Shown here one piece after another: positions 1-9,006 of a DNA stretch of 64,000 nt; within the stretch, counting starts at the first letter, position 1, and each line of letters opens with the position of its first letter. Position numbers and translations under genes: made by a program. The notes below the pieces were generated by a model. That model saw only the letters and a program-made list of their open reading frames with translations. It did no database searches and was not told the origin of the DNA. Source of the DNA: an uncultured Patescibacteria group bacterium (GTDB lineage: Bacteria > Patescibacteriota > Microgenomatia > UBA1400 > PJMF01); the NCBI GenBank assembly GCA_905478415.1, contig CAJQIG010000002.1:186699-250698 (forward strand). Reading direction: 5' to 3'.

Positions 1-21
1 ACCGAAACAACGTATCTAGCT

Positions 22-1356
22 ATGCAGGGACTTTCTGTCGAGAGAAGGTCTGCTATTTTGCTTGGAATTTTAAGAAGTTTTCAGCAGCATGCTGGTTCTC
101 AGCTGCTTTGGCAGCACATGGTTGTGGATGTATTGATGCAGTTTGTCTCTGGAACAAAGTTGCTACAGATGGATGTTTTTATTCCCGAAGAATTCAAGCT
201 ATTAGCTCTCTCAGCCAAAGAAAACATGCCTCCTACCAGTAAGTTTTTTGTGAGAGATGCTTTGAAAGCATCAGATAGGTTGGGAGAGTATACGGGGATT
301 GGTCCCTCTCGAGCTGCAGCATCAACAGCTACAGTGCATCCATTGCAAAAAGTAGAAGATGCACCAGGAGAGTACAGCGCTGTATCTAAAACAATCCACG
401 AACATGCGGAGGCACACTTGGATGAAGAGTTTGCAGCATTCCGAGGAGCACTGACCTACCTAGCTCAAGAACTGGGTCTGCAACTGAACGTAGAGGGAAT
501 ACTCCAAGAGTTGCAGCAGCTTGTAAGGGTTGAACTGGATCCATTTGTTGAGTCGGCAAATACCAAAGTACTTCGTAAGTTGCGCAGTCGTCATACAGCT
601 GATTGGGTGCAAGTGCCAGAGATTATTTTTCGTTCTGATAAGCATATCGAGATGAGTATGGCGCCAGGCTATTCACTTCAGTCATTATTGGAAGGTGATG
701 TGCCCGAACAATATAAGCAAGTTAATTGGAAACAAGTATGTTTCTTGATAGTCAGGGATTACTTTCAGCAAGTGTTTGAGTTTGGCATGTTTAATGCTGA
801 TGAACACGCGGGGAATGTATTTGTTCGTTTAAAAGCGTCTTTAAAAAAGCTCATAAAGAGTTCTTCTGCAGACGAATCACCACCTGTAACAGTAATTGAT
901 CATGGGGCAGTGGGGTTTGCTGGATCTCAAGAGAGAAAGAAAGTGTTCTTTTTGTTTGGACTCGGGTTCGAACTTCAGGATGAGTCGATGGTATCCGAGG
1001 CTCTTTTTAACATACTCACAAATAGTGAGTTCAAATCTGCAGAGGCAGTGAAACAACGATTACGAGAATTGCCTGGAACGTTATTTGAGAATGCAGTTGA
1101 ACTACTTGTGCTTTCAGGTAAGGGTGCGGACCTGATTTTATTTGCCAAAGGATTGGCAGCTTTATTTCCACTCATCGAAAAGTTAAGTTTATTTGACAAA
1201 ATGCGAATTGCTATGCCGTATATTCGCAAACTTGGTTTAGAGCCGACGCTCATTAGAAATACTGGTTCTTTAACTCGGTCAGTACTTTCACAAGTATTAA
1301 CAGGTATTCGAGAGAAAAAACAATCATCTCTTGATAAGAACAAAAGTAAAACATAA
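22..1356 (+). CDS. ABC1/UbiB-like atypical kinase family protein (N-terminus may lie upstream of the window)
   Basis: 444-aa ORF. FNADEHAGNVFV resembles the ABC1/UbiB catalytic-loop motif (hADxHPGN). The reading frame stays open back to position 1. Confidence 0.4.
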   Translation: MQGLSVERRSAILLGILRSFQQHAGSQLLWQHMVVDVLMQFVSGTKLLQMDVFIPEEFKLLALSAKENMPPTSKFFVRDALKASDRLGEYTGIGPSRAAASTATVHPLQKVEDAPGEYSAVSKTIHEHAEAHLDEEFAAFRGALTYLAQELGLQLNVEGILQELQQLVRVELDPFVESANTKVLRKLRSRHTADWVQVPEIIFRSDKHIEMSMAPGYSLQSLLEGDVPEQYKQVNWKQVCFLIVRDYFQQVFEFGMFNADEHAGNVFVRLKASLKKLIKSSSADESPPVTVIDHGAVGFAGSQERKKVFFLFGLGFELQDESMVSEALFNILTNSEFKSAEAVKQRLRELPGTLFENAVELLVLSGKGADLILFAKGLAALFPLIEKLSLFDKMRIAMPYIRKLGLEPTLIRNTGSLTRSVLSQVLTGIREKKQSSLDKNKSKT

Positions 1357-1526
1357 AAGTATGTAGTAAATATGCATTGTTTTTTTTAAAAACATGCGCT
1401 ATAGTTCCAAAAGTATGTATAACTTTGTTTGCTTTACCAAGCGCCACACTATTCAACTCTCAATTACAAGGGGTTGCGCTGTGGAAGTTGGAAAATAAAA
1501 CAACAAAGAAACACAACAAAGCGCGC

Positions 1527-1551
1527 AACCTCCTAAAACAGGAGGTTTTTT
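1527..1551 (+). terminator. Intrinsic terminator-like hairpin
   Basis: AACCTCC (1527-1533) pairs with GGAGGTT (1541-1547) and is followed by a T-run. An upstream segment at 1470-1479 can alternatively pair with 1523-1532. Confidence 0.45.
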
Positions 1552-1921
1552 AATAGTAAAAAGTAGCTGCGCGCGAGGAAAGGAAGTATGAAAGATGGCG
1601 AACACATGCCATATTCACCCGAAGGATTGAAAGCATTAGCTTCAACCTTGAAGATTCACAAGTCTCTTCTATGGTTCGATGCCACTAATAGCCGGATTGC
1701 CTTCGCTCAACTTCCATCGCGCGAGTATCAACAAAGCTACGAAGAGGAAGAAGAGTAGCTGAAGGGCAAACTCTTTAGCTGTGCCAAGAGGGCACAGTAG
1801 ATAAAATGAGATGCGCAGTAGCAAGAGTAGAATATGAAAGGGATTGTATCGGTCGGGCGCGTCGCGCCAAGCAAGAGGCTTGGCGCAGTACGCCTTCACT
1901 CTGAGCTTTGTGACAGAGAAG

Positions 1922-2170
1922 ATGATTAACTTGGAACACTTAGAACAAGGCACGAACTATTCATTACTGGGGGGCGACCCCACAGGTGAGTTGTATGTAT
2001 TGTTTACTGGCATTGTTGGTGAAGAAAACGACTCACTCATAGATGACTTTATTGCAGTTGGGATCATTCGATCTTTGCTTCAAAGTGGAGAGTATGTAGC
2101 TATTTCACTGGATACAGAAAATACTGAAACCTCAACTAATTCTTTTGAAGAAATGCGCTCTATGCAGTAG
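1922..2170 (+). CDS. Hypothetical small acidic protein
   Basis: ATG-initiated part of ORF 1844..2170. A strong terminator hairpin follows at 2233-2293. No recognisable motifs. Confidence 0.3.
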   Translation: MINLEHLEQGTNYSLLGGDPTGELYVLFTGIVGEENDSLIDDFIAVGIIRSLLQSGEYVAISLDTENTETSTNSFEEMRSMQ

Positions 2171-2232
2171 TGTGATATACTAGAACCTAGAATGTATAGA
2201 CGAAATAGAACCACGACCACCTCAACTATCAG

Positions 2233-2293
2233 CCCCATGTAGGGAAGAGAGGTTTCGTGTCAAAAAGCAGCTCTCCCACATGGGGGAGTTTTT
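2233..2293 (+). terminator. Rho-independent terminator
   Basis: CCCCATGTAGGGAAGAG pairs with CTCTCCCACATGGGG (about 15 bp with two A bulges), followed by GAGTTTTTATT. Confidence 0.6.
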
Positions 2294-2358
2294 ATTAGAC
2301 ACAAGTCTATTTTATTAATTGTTCAGAATGAACTATACTATCCAAGAAGGAATCACAC

Positions 2359-4143
2359 ATGTCAGACGCACATAACCACAATCACAACCACCTAGCAGAA
2401 CTCGAAGCTTTGGCTCAACTCCGTCACTCTGCCGCTCATTTACTTGCAGCCGCAGTACTCGAACTGTATCCTGATGCCAAACCAACTATTGGTCCAGCAA
2501 CTGATGATGGTTTTTATTACGATTTCGATTTTAGTGAGCCAATCTCAGAGAATGACTTACCTAAAATTGAGAAAAAAATGAAAGAGCTCGTCAAACATTG
2601 GCGAGAGTTTTCTCACCAAGTTGTAACTGCCGATGAAGCCCTAGAACTCTATAAAAAGAACGAATATAAGTCTGAACTTATTCGAGAATTTGCTGGAGAG
2701 AATAGAACACTCACACTCTACATGGCTGGCAATTTCACAGATCTTTGTCGAGGTGGGCACGTTGAGAGTCCTAAGAAAGAACTCAAATTTTTTAAGTTAC
2801 TCTCACTAGCTGGTGCCTATTGGCGTGGGAGCGAAGAGAACAAAATGTTGACTCGTATTTATGGAACTGCTTTCTTCAGCAAAGATGAACTCAAAGAAAA
2901 CCTGCAAATGCGAGAGGATGCAAAAGCTCGTGATCATCGAAAACTGGGTAAAGAACTAGGATTATTTGTCTTTTCGGATACTATTGGCAAAGGTCTGCCG
3001 CTTTGGACAGAAAAGGGGACAACAATCCGCCGAGAACTGGAACGCTTTATTACTGACGAAGAAATTCGTCGTGGTTATAAGCATGTGATGACTCCTGATA
3101 TTGCTAATCTTGATCTGTATCGAAAATCTGGTCACTATCCGTACTACAAGGATTCGATGTATGCGCCAATCAAAATTGAGGATGAAGAGTACATGCTTCG
3201 GCCAATGACCTGTCCACATCATTTTGAGTTATATTCTTCGGCTCCACATTCGTATCGAGAATTGCCAATGCGTATTGCCGAACTAGCTAAGTTGTACCGC
3301 TACGAGCGTTCTGGCGAACTATCTGGATTGATTCGTGTCAGAAGCTTCTGTTTAGCCGATTCTCACATCATCTGTAGCAAAGACCAAGCTAAGGCCGAAA
3401 TTAATGGTGTTCTGGACCTGATAGAGTATATTTCAAGTGTCTTTGGTCTCGAAAAAGGTAAAAACTATTCATATCGCTTGTCACTCGGTGATCGCTCAGA
3501 TGAAAAGAAGTACTTTAAGGATGACGCTTCGTGGGATTTTGCCGAAAAAGTGCTTCGTCAGGTTCTGATTGAGCGAGATGCTGTGTATGTTGAAGCCGAA
3601 GGAGAAGCTGCTTTCTACGGGCCAAAAATTGATGTGCAGATGCGTAATGTTAATGGAAAAGAAGACACAGCTTTTACGGTTCAGTACGACTTTGTTATGC
3701 CAAAGCGATTTGACCTTAAGTTTACAAATGAAGCTGGAGAGGAGGAGCAGCCAGTAGTGGTTCACAGATCTTCGATTGGTGCGATCGAGCGCAGTATTGC
3801 GTTTTTGATCGAACACTATGCCGGTAAGTTCCCGGTTTGGCTTTCGCCAACTCAGGTAAGCATCTTGCCAATTTCTGATAATTATTTGGAGTATGCCGAA
3901 GAAGTCAAAATTGCACTGGCTCGACACAATGTGCGCGTTCACCTTGATGACAGGTCGGAGCGACTCCAAGCCAAAATTCGCCATGCCCAGATGGAACAGA
4001 TTCCGTACATGCTGGTTGTCGGTGAAAAAGAAGTTGCCGATGGCACGGTGGCCGTGCGTCACCGAGACAAAAAAGAGCAGCAAGTGATGAAAATTGCCGA
4101 CTTTGTTTCCTTGGTAGTTTCTGAAATTGCTGAAAAGAAGTAA
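2359..4143 (+). CDS. thrS: Threonyl-tRNA synthetase, short form lacking the N-terminal TGS/N1 region
   Basis: 594-aa ORF. Contains the HSAAHLLA editing-domain motif, the RPMTCPHH zinc site, a class-II aaRS core and a C-terminal anticodon-binding domain (VSILPISD...). Confidence 0.97.
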   Translation: MSDAHNHNHNHLAELEALAQLRHSAAHLLAAAVLELYPDAKPTIGPATDDGFYYDFDFSEPISENDLPKIEKKMKELVKHWREFSHQVVTADEALELYKKNEYKSELIREFAGENRTLTLYMAGNFTDLCRGGHVESPKKELKFFKLLSLAGAYWRGSEENKMLTRIYGTAFFSKDELKENLQMREDAKARDHRKLGKELGLFVFSDTIGKGLPLWTEKGTTIRRELERFITDEEIRRGYKHVMTPDIANLDLYRKSGHYPYYKDSMYAPIKIEDEEYMLRPMTCPHHFELYSSAPHSYRELPMRIAELAKLYRYERSGELSGLIRVRSFCLADSHIICSKDQAKAEINGVLDLIEYISSVFGLEKGKNYSYRLSLGDRSDEKKYFKDDASWDFAEKVLRQVLIERDAVYVEAEGEAAFYGPKIDVQMRNVNGKEDTAFTVQYDFVMPKRFDLKFTNEAGEEEQPVVVHRSSIGAIERSIAFLIEHYAGKFPVWLSPTQVSILPISDNYLEYAEEVKIALARHNVRVHLDDRSERLQAKIRHAQMEQIPYMLVVGEKEVADGTVAVRHRDKKEQQVMKIADFVSLVVSEIAEKK

Positions 4144-4166
4144 CTTTTGTATAGAATTGAATAAAA

Positions 4167-4197
4167 AAGCCTCGACGCGCTGCGTCGGGGCTTTTTA
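4167..4197 (+). terminator. Rho-independent terminator of thrS
   Basis: AGCCTCGACGC pairs with GCGTCGGGGCT, followed by TTTTT, about 25 nt after the thrS stop codon. Confidence 0.8.
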
Positions 4198-4218
4198 CTG
4201 TGTACTACATAATTAAGA

Positions 4219-4249
4219 CAAAAAAACGCCAAGGTAGATCCTTGGCGTT
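4219..4249 (-). terminator. Rho-independent terminator of the minus-strand gene 4261..4584
   Basis: ACGCCAAGG pairs with CCTTGGCGT. The plus-strand A-run before it is a T-run on the minus strand. Confidence 0.75.
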
Positions 4250-4260
4250 TGACATACGTA

Positions 4261-4584
4261 TTATTGATAAAGTTGGCAGACGGCGACTTCGTCACCGATC
4301 TGCCAGGTGCAGACGCCAGTGACATCCTGGTCACTGGTCGAGACAACAAATTGTCTCAGGATAACTTCACCGTCACCGCTCGGTAGAACGGTTTTGTACA
4401 AAGTTACCGCGTTTTCAGAAACTGAAACTCCTGTTTCCTGCTCGAAGAATGTAGCAACTTGAGCCTTGTCAGGTTCGAGCTGACTGACTTGAGATAGAAT
4501 AACAACAGACCATATTCTGATTCCAATAAGAGCCAGTAGCAATACTACAATCAATCCAATCAAGAGGTCTCGTCGATTATACAT
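4261..4584 (-). CDS. Small N-terminally membrane-anchored protein, paralog 1 of a Cys-pair family
   Basis: N-terminal TM segment LLIGLIVVLLLALIGI. C-terminal TGVCTWQIGDEVAVC motif shared with the next two ORFs. Confidence 0.6.
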   Translation of the reverse strand: MYNRRDLLIGLIVVLLLALIGIRIWSVVILSQVSQLEPDKAQVATFFEQETGVSVSENAVTLYKTVLPSGDGEVILRQFVVSTSDQDVTGVCTWQIGDEVAVCQLYQ

Positions 4585-4748
4585 ATTTCTTCATCCCTTT
4601 ATCCAATTTTAAAAAAACTGGGTAAATAAATACGTTTATTAAAGAGTGGCTATTCCAACTTAAATTAAAATAATACAAGTTGAAACAACATCCTATATTA
4701 TATACAAAAATGACAAAAAGTCAAGTGAAATAAATAAAAATGACAGAG

Positions 4749-4780
4749 AAAAGCCCCAGCATGATTGCCGGGGCTTTTTA
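4749..4780. terminator. Hairpin terminator, possibly bidirectional
   Basis: AGCCCCAGC pairs with GCCGGGGCT, with T-runs on both strands. It lies directly after the stop of 4789..5211 (minus strand). Confidence 0.6.
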
Positions 4781-4788
4781 ACAAGTAA

Positions 4789-5211
4789 CTAATCATCGGT
4801 GGTACACACCATTTTTTCGCGGCGCGTACCCCAAATGCATGTACCAATAATTTTATTTCGACCTTCTACATGCACTTCGAAGTCCTGGGAACAGCTGTTG
4901 CCGCCGGTGATTTGGTGGCATGCTTGTTCTAGAAGCACAACGTTCTCAGGCTCGATACCATAATTGGTATACCTTGTCTCGTTACCTAGATAGGTAGCAA
5001 TCCTGGCTTCATTTGGCATTTGGCCAAAGTAGTTACTGACTGCGTTTGTGACAAAGAGTGTTCCTAGTAGGGCGGCCAAAATAATCGAAAGAATAAAGAG
5101 TCCAACGGCTAGATCTTGAACAAACCACTGCCAAATTTTTTGAATTTTGACTTGGCCTTTTTCAAGAGTCTTTAAAACTTTCAGTTTTAACTCATATTTT
5201 TTTTGTTTCAT
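4789..5211 (-). CDS. Small membrane-anchored protein, paralog 2 of the Cys-pair family
   Basis: TM segment LAVGLFILSIILAALLGTLFV. C-terminal IGTCIWGTRREKMVC motif. Its start overlaps the stop of the upstream paralog by 4 bp. Confidence 0.6.
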   Translation of the reverse strand: MKQKKYELKLKVLKTLEKGQVKIQKIWQWFVQDLAVGLFILSIILAALLGTLFVTNAVSNYFGQMPNEARIATYLGNETRYTNYGIEPENVVLLEQACHQITGGNSCSQDFEVHVEGRNKIIGTCIWGTRREKMVCTTDD

Positions 5212-5606
5212 GATTCCTCCAAAAAAGCTAGAACGCCAGGTTTCTGGCGTTGATTAAAATCGTCAATAAAGCACCTTGGAATCGCATAGCTTCCAGTAGT
5301 GCATACACCAGTTGAGTAAGTGTCATCGGTGAAGATGACGTCGAACTTGACTTGGCAGATTTTTTGAATAGTATTTTTTCCATCTAGTTTGCAGTGCCAG
5401 TCAGATTGAAAGGCAATATGTTTTACTAGAAGGGAAGGATTCTCTTCAATCTTTTCTAAATTCTCATTCAAAAGCAGTTCTGCTTGCTGTTCAGTCAGCG
5501 GATGGACTTCGACCAGGGTATACGATAGTAATCCTTGAAAAAGCATCCCAGTACAAAAGAGAATCAGAGCCCACATATGGGGCTCATATTTTTTGAAACG
5601 AGCCAC
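5208..5606 (-). CDS. Small membrane-anchored protein, paralog 3 of the Cys-pair family
   Basis: TM segment WALILFCTGMLFQGLL. C-terminal TGVCTTGSYAIPRC motif. ATGA overlap with the downstream paralog. Confidence 0.6.
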   Translation of the reverse strand: MARFKKYEPHMWALILFCTGMLFQGLLSYTLVEVHPLTEQQAELLLNENLEKIEENPSLLVKHIAFQSDWHCKLDGKNTIQKICQVKFDVIFTDDTYSTGVCTTGSYAIPRCFIDDFNQRQKPGVLAFLEES

Positions 5607-5776
5607 GAGGGCCTCCTTTTGTTTTTTTATAGTTACTTGTTAAAGAAAAACATTACAATTGGGTTGTGAAACACAACTGTAATGTCCTATATTATATATT
5701 AGGAATCATTTTTATTCAAGCAATGGCTTGGAAAAAGACCTATGGTACAATTTGTTTCGTAATTATTTGGAGTTTC

Positions 5777-6640
5777 ATGCAAGAAAATAAAAAAATACTT
5801 TCTATTGGTTCACTGGTTATCGATAGAATTAACGGTAAGAAAAGACCTGGTGGAGAGGCTACTAATGTAGCGGTCAATACACAACGGTTAGGAGTAGATG
5901 CTTCGTTGTTAACAGTTGCTGCGCGCAGCCCAGAGTCGGTTGTGTTGCAGGAGGAAATTGAGGCTTTGGGTGTTTCATTTTTTGCATTATCACAGGTTTT
6001 AGAAAAACTTCCAGAATGTCACATCTATATGGGTGCAGATGGGAAAGAAGAAGGATATGATTGGATTGATAATGGTTTAGAAAGTGCTTATGCAACTTCT
6101 GAAGTTCCTGTTTCACTTGTTCAAGCATACCAAACAGTTTATTTAGCAGCTTGTGAACCAGGATTCGCGTACCGTGTTTCTCAACAGGTGCAATCTCATC
6201 AAACTGTCGTTTTTAATCCTGGCACAAGAATATATGAAGATCCAGGCATGTTTATGCAGACACATAGGCAAAGCTCTATCACATTTATGAATCAATCGGA
6301 GTTCGATCATTTGCAGGTTAAAAAATATGTTAGGACAGAAGAGGATCTTTTATATTCTTCAGAACAGATGGTTATTATTACGGCTGGAAAAAATGGAGCT
6401 CGGTTAGTAACTAAAGAGGGCATAAAAAACTATCCAGCTCAGTTGGTGCCAGCTATTGATGAAACGGGAGCGGGTGACTCCTTTGCTTCTGCAGTGATTT
6501 GGGCTTTAGGTAGAGGTTTAGAAATGGATGCGGCAATGGTCTCAGCAAGCATACTAGCATCACTCGTTGTTCAAAGGGTTGGAGCGCAAATAGATGCAGA
6601 AACGGCTGCTCACTTTATACAGCAAATTGTGAATCAGTAG
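5777..6640 (+). CDS. PfkB-family (ribokinase-like) carbohydrate/nucleoside kinase
   Basis: DETGAGDSFASAV matches the PfkB signature DTxGAGDxF. N-terminus is ILSIGSLVID...GGEATNVAV. ATG 5777 is preferred over GTG 5666 because the longer N-terminus is hydrophobic and implausible. Confidence 0.8.
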   Translation: MQENKKILSIGSLVIDRINGKKRPGGEATNVAVNTQRLGVDASLLTVAARSPESVVLQEEIEALGVSFFALSQVLEKLPECHIYMGADGKEEGYDWIDNGLESAYATSEVPVSLVQAYQTVYLAACEPGFAYRVSQQVQSHQTVVFNPGTRIYEDPGMFMQTHRQSSITFMNQSEFDHLQVKKYVRTEEDLLYSSEQMVIITAGKNGARLVTKEGIKNYPAQLVPAIDETGAGDSFASAVIWALGRGLEMDAAMVSASILASLVVQRVGAQIDAETAAHFIQQIVNQ

Positions 6641-6655
6641 TTACTGGATCAAATT

Positions 6656-7423
6656 TTATGTTACGTGTAAGGGGTGTTCAATTGGTGTGTTAGCCAATAT
6701 TTCAATTACTTGTTGGTAAGTGTGATCAATGTTTCCGAACTTTGGTGTAATTATTTGAATGATTCCATTTTTTTCAAGCAAAGCACAATGAGCTTGATCA
6801 GCTTTTCCTTCAGCAACGCGGATGACTTGTTTTTCTGGAGAGTCTGTGGCTCGTTTTTGTAATGTTTTCTGAGTAAAATTTTCATCGGTGGGTACAACTC
6901 CAACCTTAATGGCTTGGGGAAGAAGGTATTCAACTTCACCTTCTATGCGGTTGGGAGGGGACTCCATAATGAGTTTTTTATTCGCTGCTAATAGTGAATA
7001 AATAATATCGATATCATATGCATAGGCATTACCATAGGCAGTCACAATTAAAAACAATTTTCCTGTTCCTTCCAGAATGTAGAGTTCATCATGAGATATT
7101 CCATATGAGCCTTTCTCGATTTCACCAGGTCTTATGGGTTGTCGAGTGGTGACGTATGGTGCTTCTTGGAAGCCAACTGTGTGTTCTAAAAAGGAGATCA
7201 AGGTGCCTTTTCCAGCTCCAGATGGGCCGGTAATGAGAATAACTTGATTACTTCTTTTTTGTATAAATGATATTTTTTCTTTGAGTTCAGTGGTTATTTT
7301 CTCAAGAGTTAGCATTTCAACTTGGTTGAGTAGCTGAGTGATAAAGTCAGGTCCAAGTGCTAAGAGTCTTTGATCAGTGAGGATATCTGCAGATTGTAGA
7401 GTAATAGGTTTTATTTCTTTCAT
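6656..7423 (-). CDS. Guanylate kinase-like P-loop protein with an N-terminal extension of about 60 aa
   Basis: GPSGAGKGT P-loop and TTRQPIRPGE...GNAYAYD resemble Gmk motifs (TTRxPRxGE...GNxYGT). Confidence 0.65.
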   Translation of the reverse strand: MKEIKPITLQSADILTDQRLLALGPDFITQLLNQVEMLTLEKITTELKEKISFIQKRSNQVILITGPSGAGKGTLISFLEHTVGFQEAPYVTTRQPIRPGEIEKGSYGISHDELYILEGTGKLFLIVTAYGNAYAYDIDIIYSLLAANKKLIMESPPNRIEGEVEYLLPQAIKVGVVPTDENFTQKTLQKRATDSPEKQVIRVAEGKADQAHCALLEKNGIIQIITPKFGNIDHTYQQVIEILANTPIEHPLHVT

Positions 7424-7584
7424 AGTTGAGGATTATACCAGATAATTTTAAAATCCTATAGTTTTGACAAAAGGATCGACAAACTGTATAATTTACGCAT
7501 CAGGTATGTACAATATCTGATTTTTCTTTAACATTCAAAAAAATTGTACGTAAATAGTTTTTTTACCTTCATAAGGAGATAACC

Positions 7585-8988
7585 ATGAGTCAAATGTACG
7601 ATGTAATTATTGTAGGAGCAGGCCCCGGCGGAATGTTCGCAGCAATGGAGTTAATTGGAAAAGGACTCAAGGTCCTTATGTTGGAGCATGGCCGACCGTA
7701 TGCAAAACGGTTGGAATGTCCAATTATGGATTTGGGGCATGAACGATGCCCTGGGTCTGGTTGTGGCGGCAGTTGTAATGTGATAAGCGGGTTTGGTGGT
7801 GCGTTCACTCAACGAAGTGGGGGTACTCTAAGTATGTATCCTGCAGGATCACATCTGTTGAACTATTTTCCTTCAGAGAAAATTTTGATTGCTCGGTACA
7901 ATGAAGTACTGGGTGTTTGGAAAAATTTTGCTGATGGAAGAATGAAATTAGAAGGGGATATCCCCAAAGAGAAGATTTATCGTTTTGGACATGATGTTTC
8001 TCTACAAGGTGGGGTATATAAGCACTGGCAAGGATATAAAATGTCCCGAGAAGTGTTGAATCAAACCACCCAGAAGATGGAAGAACACATTAAGAATGGT
8101 ATCGAAGTAGCCCACAGGAAATCAGTTACTAAAGTTGAAAAACAAGGCAAAATCTGGCATCTCTACTGTGCAGATGGCACAGAGTATATGTCAAAATCTG
8201 TCTTGTTTTCTACTGGTCGAAAAGGCAACTCAGTTGTCTCTCAGATATTAACTGAAGCTGGTATTCAATATGCTCGCTCATCAATCGATATCGGCATTCG
8301 CCTTGAAATCGATGAAGGAATTATTGATCACTTGGCTGAAATTCATCCAGATGTCAAAATTAAATTTGATGTTCATGGCCATGAAGTCAGAACGTTTTGT
8401 TTCTGTCCTGGTGGTCGGATGGCGGTCTTTTCTCAAGACCCAGTTGACGAGATCAGTTGGCAACGCATGCTGTTTTTAGAAGGCTATATTGGCCTTGCCG
8501 AGAGTAGTGGTCGAACTAACATGAGTTTCTTGCATCGGCTGAGTTTTGAAAATTCCGAACAAGTTTGGGATTTTCAGCGCAAGTTTGAGGGTAACTACCA
8601 GAAAATGGGAGGTGTCCCAATTGCGCAGCGGTACACCGATTTGGGTAAACCAGTGTTTCGGGCTCTGCCAGATGGACACACTCTCTCTGTATATCGGATT
8701 GGTGGAGTCATGAACGTGATTCCCAATGATTCTGGTGAAAAAATTCTTGAAGCAATGCGTCGGTTTAACCGACTCATGGGTGGTAAAGTCCTCACGGATC
8801 GCGCTGTCCTCATTGCTCCCGAATTGGGAAACTTTTGGCCAGAGGTAGTCGTGAACAATGATTTTCAGACTTCGCGCGCCGGCATGTTTATGGCTGGCGA
8901 TGGCTTAGGATTTACTCGTGGCGCTTTGCAAGCATCCCTGACGGGAACTGCAGCAGCTCGTGGTATTCAAAACTATCTGTCAGCATAG
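7585..8988 (+). CDS. FAD-dependent dehydrogenase (COG2509-like)
   Basis: YDVIIVGAGPGGMFAA dinucleotide-binding motif. FCFCPGGRM resembles the COG2509 FCMCPGG motif. C-terminal MAGDGLGFTRG. Confidence 0.7.
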   Translation: MSQMYDVIIVGAGPGGMFAAMELIGKGLKVLMLEHGRPYAKRLECPIMDLGHERCPGSGCGGSCNVISGFGGAFTQRSGGTLSMYPAGSHLLNYFPSEKILIARYNEVLGVWKNFADGRMKLEGDIPKEKIYRFGHDVSLQGGVYKHWQGYKMSREVLNQTTQKMEEHIKNGIEVAHRKSVTKVEKQGKIWHLYCADGTEYMSKSVLFSTGRKGNSVVSQILTEAGIQYARSSIDIGIRLEIDEGIIDHLAEIHPDVKIKFDVHGHEVRTFCFCPGGRMAVFSQDPVDEISWQRMLFLEGYIGLAESSGRTNMSFLHRLSFENSEQVWDFQRKFEGNYQKMGGVPIAQRYTDLGKPVFRALPDGHTLSVYRIGGVMNVIPNDSGEKILEAMRRFNRLMGGKVLTDRAVLIAPELGNFWPEVVVNNDFQTSRAGMFMAGDGLGFTRGALQASLTGTAAARGIQNYLSA

Positions 8989-9006
8989 CTGGCAAAGGAG
9001 AACCTT

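Noticed and set aside
975-1343. Antisense 'shadow' ORFs inside well-supported genes, for example 975..1343-, 3496..4083-, 11020..11376+, 14038..14544+, 22292..22666-, 33092..33274-, 44670..45182- and 55375..55863-
   Set aside because: Each lies fully within, or opposite to, a gene with strong homology-style evidence. They lack Shine-Dalgarno sequences and have low-complexity or biased composition typical of antisense frames.
2171-2358. T-box or other leader upstream of thrS
   Set aside because: The hairpin plus U-run at 2233-2293 fits a terminator for the upstream unit. No T-box consensus (…GGUGGNACCGCG…) or specifier-loop architecture is visible. A -10-like TATACT lies between the hairpin and thrS.
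5666-5776. Long N-terminal extensions implied by the maximal ORFs, for example 5666, 22267, 34437, 31071, 30515, 28690, 37222, 53987, 61485 and 61864
   Set aside because: The extensions begin at GTG/TTG or overlap neighbouring genes, and they encode implausible hydrophobic or basic junk. Internal ATGs give canonical N-termini (lipobox, DxDxT, P-loop context, and so on) and tidy gene junctions.
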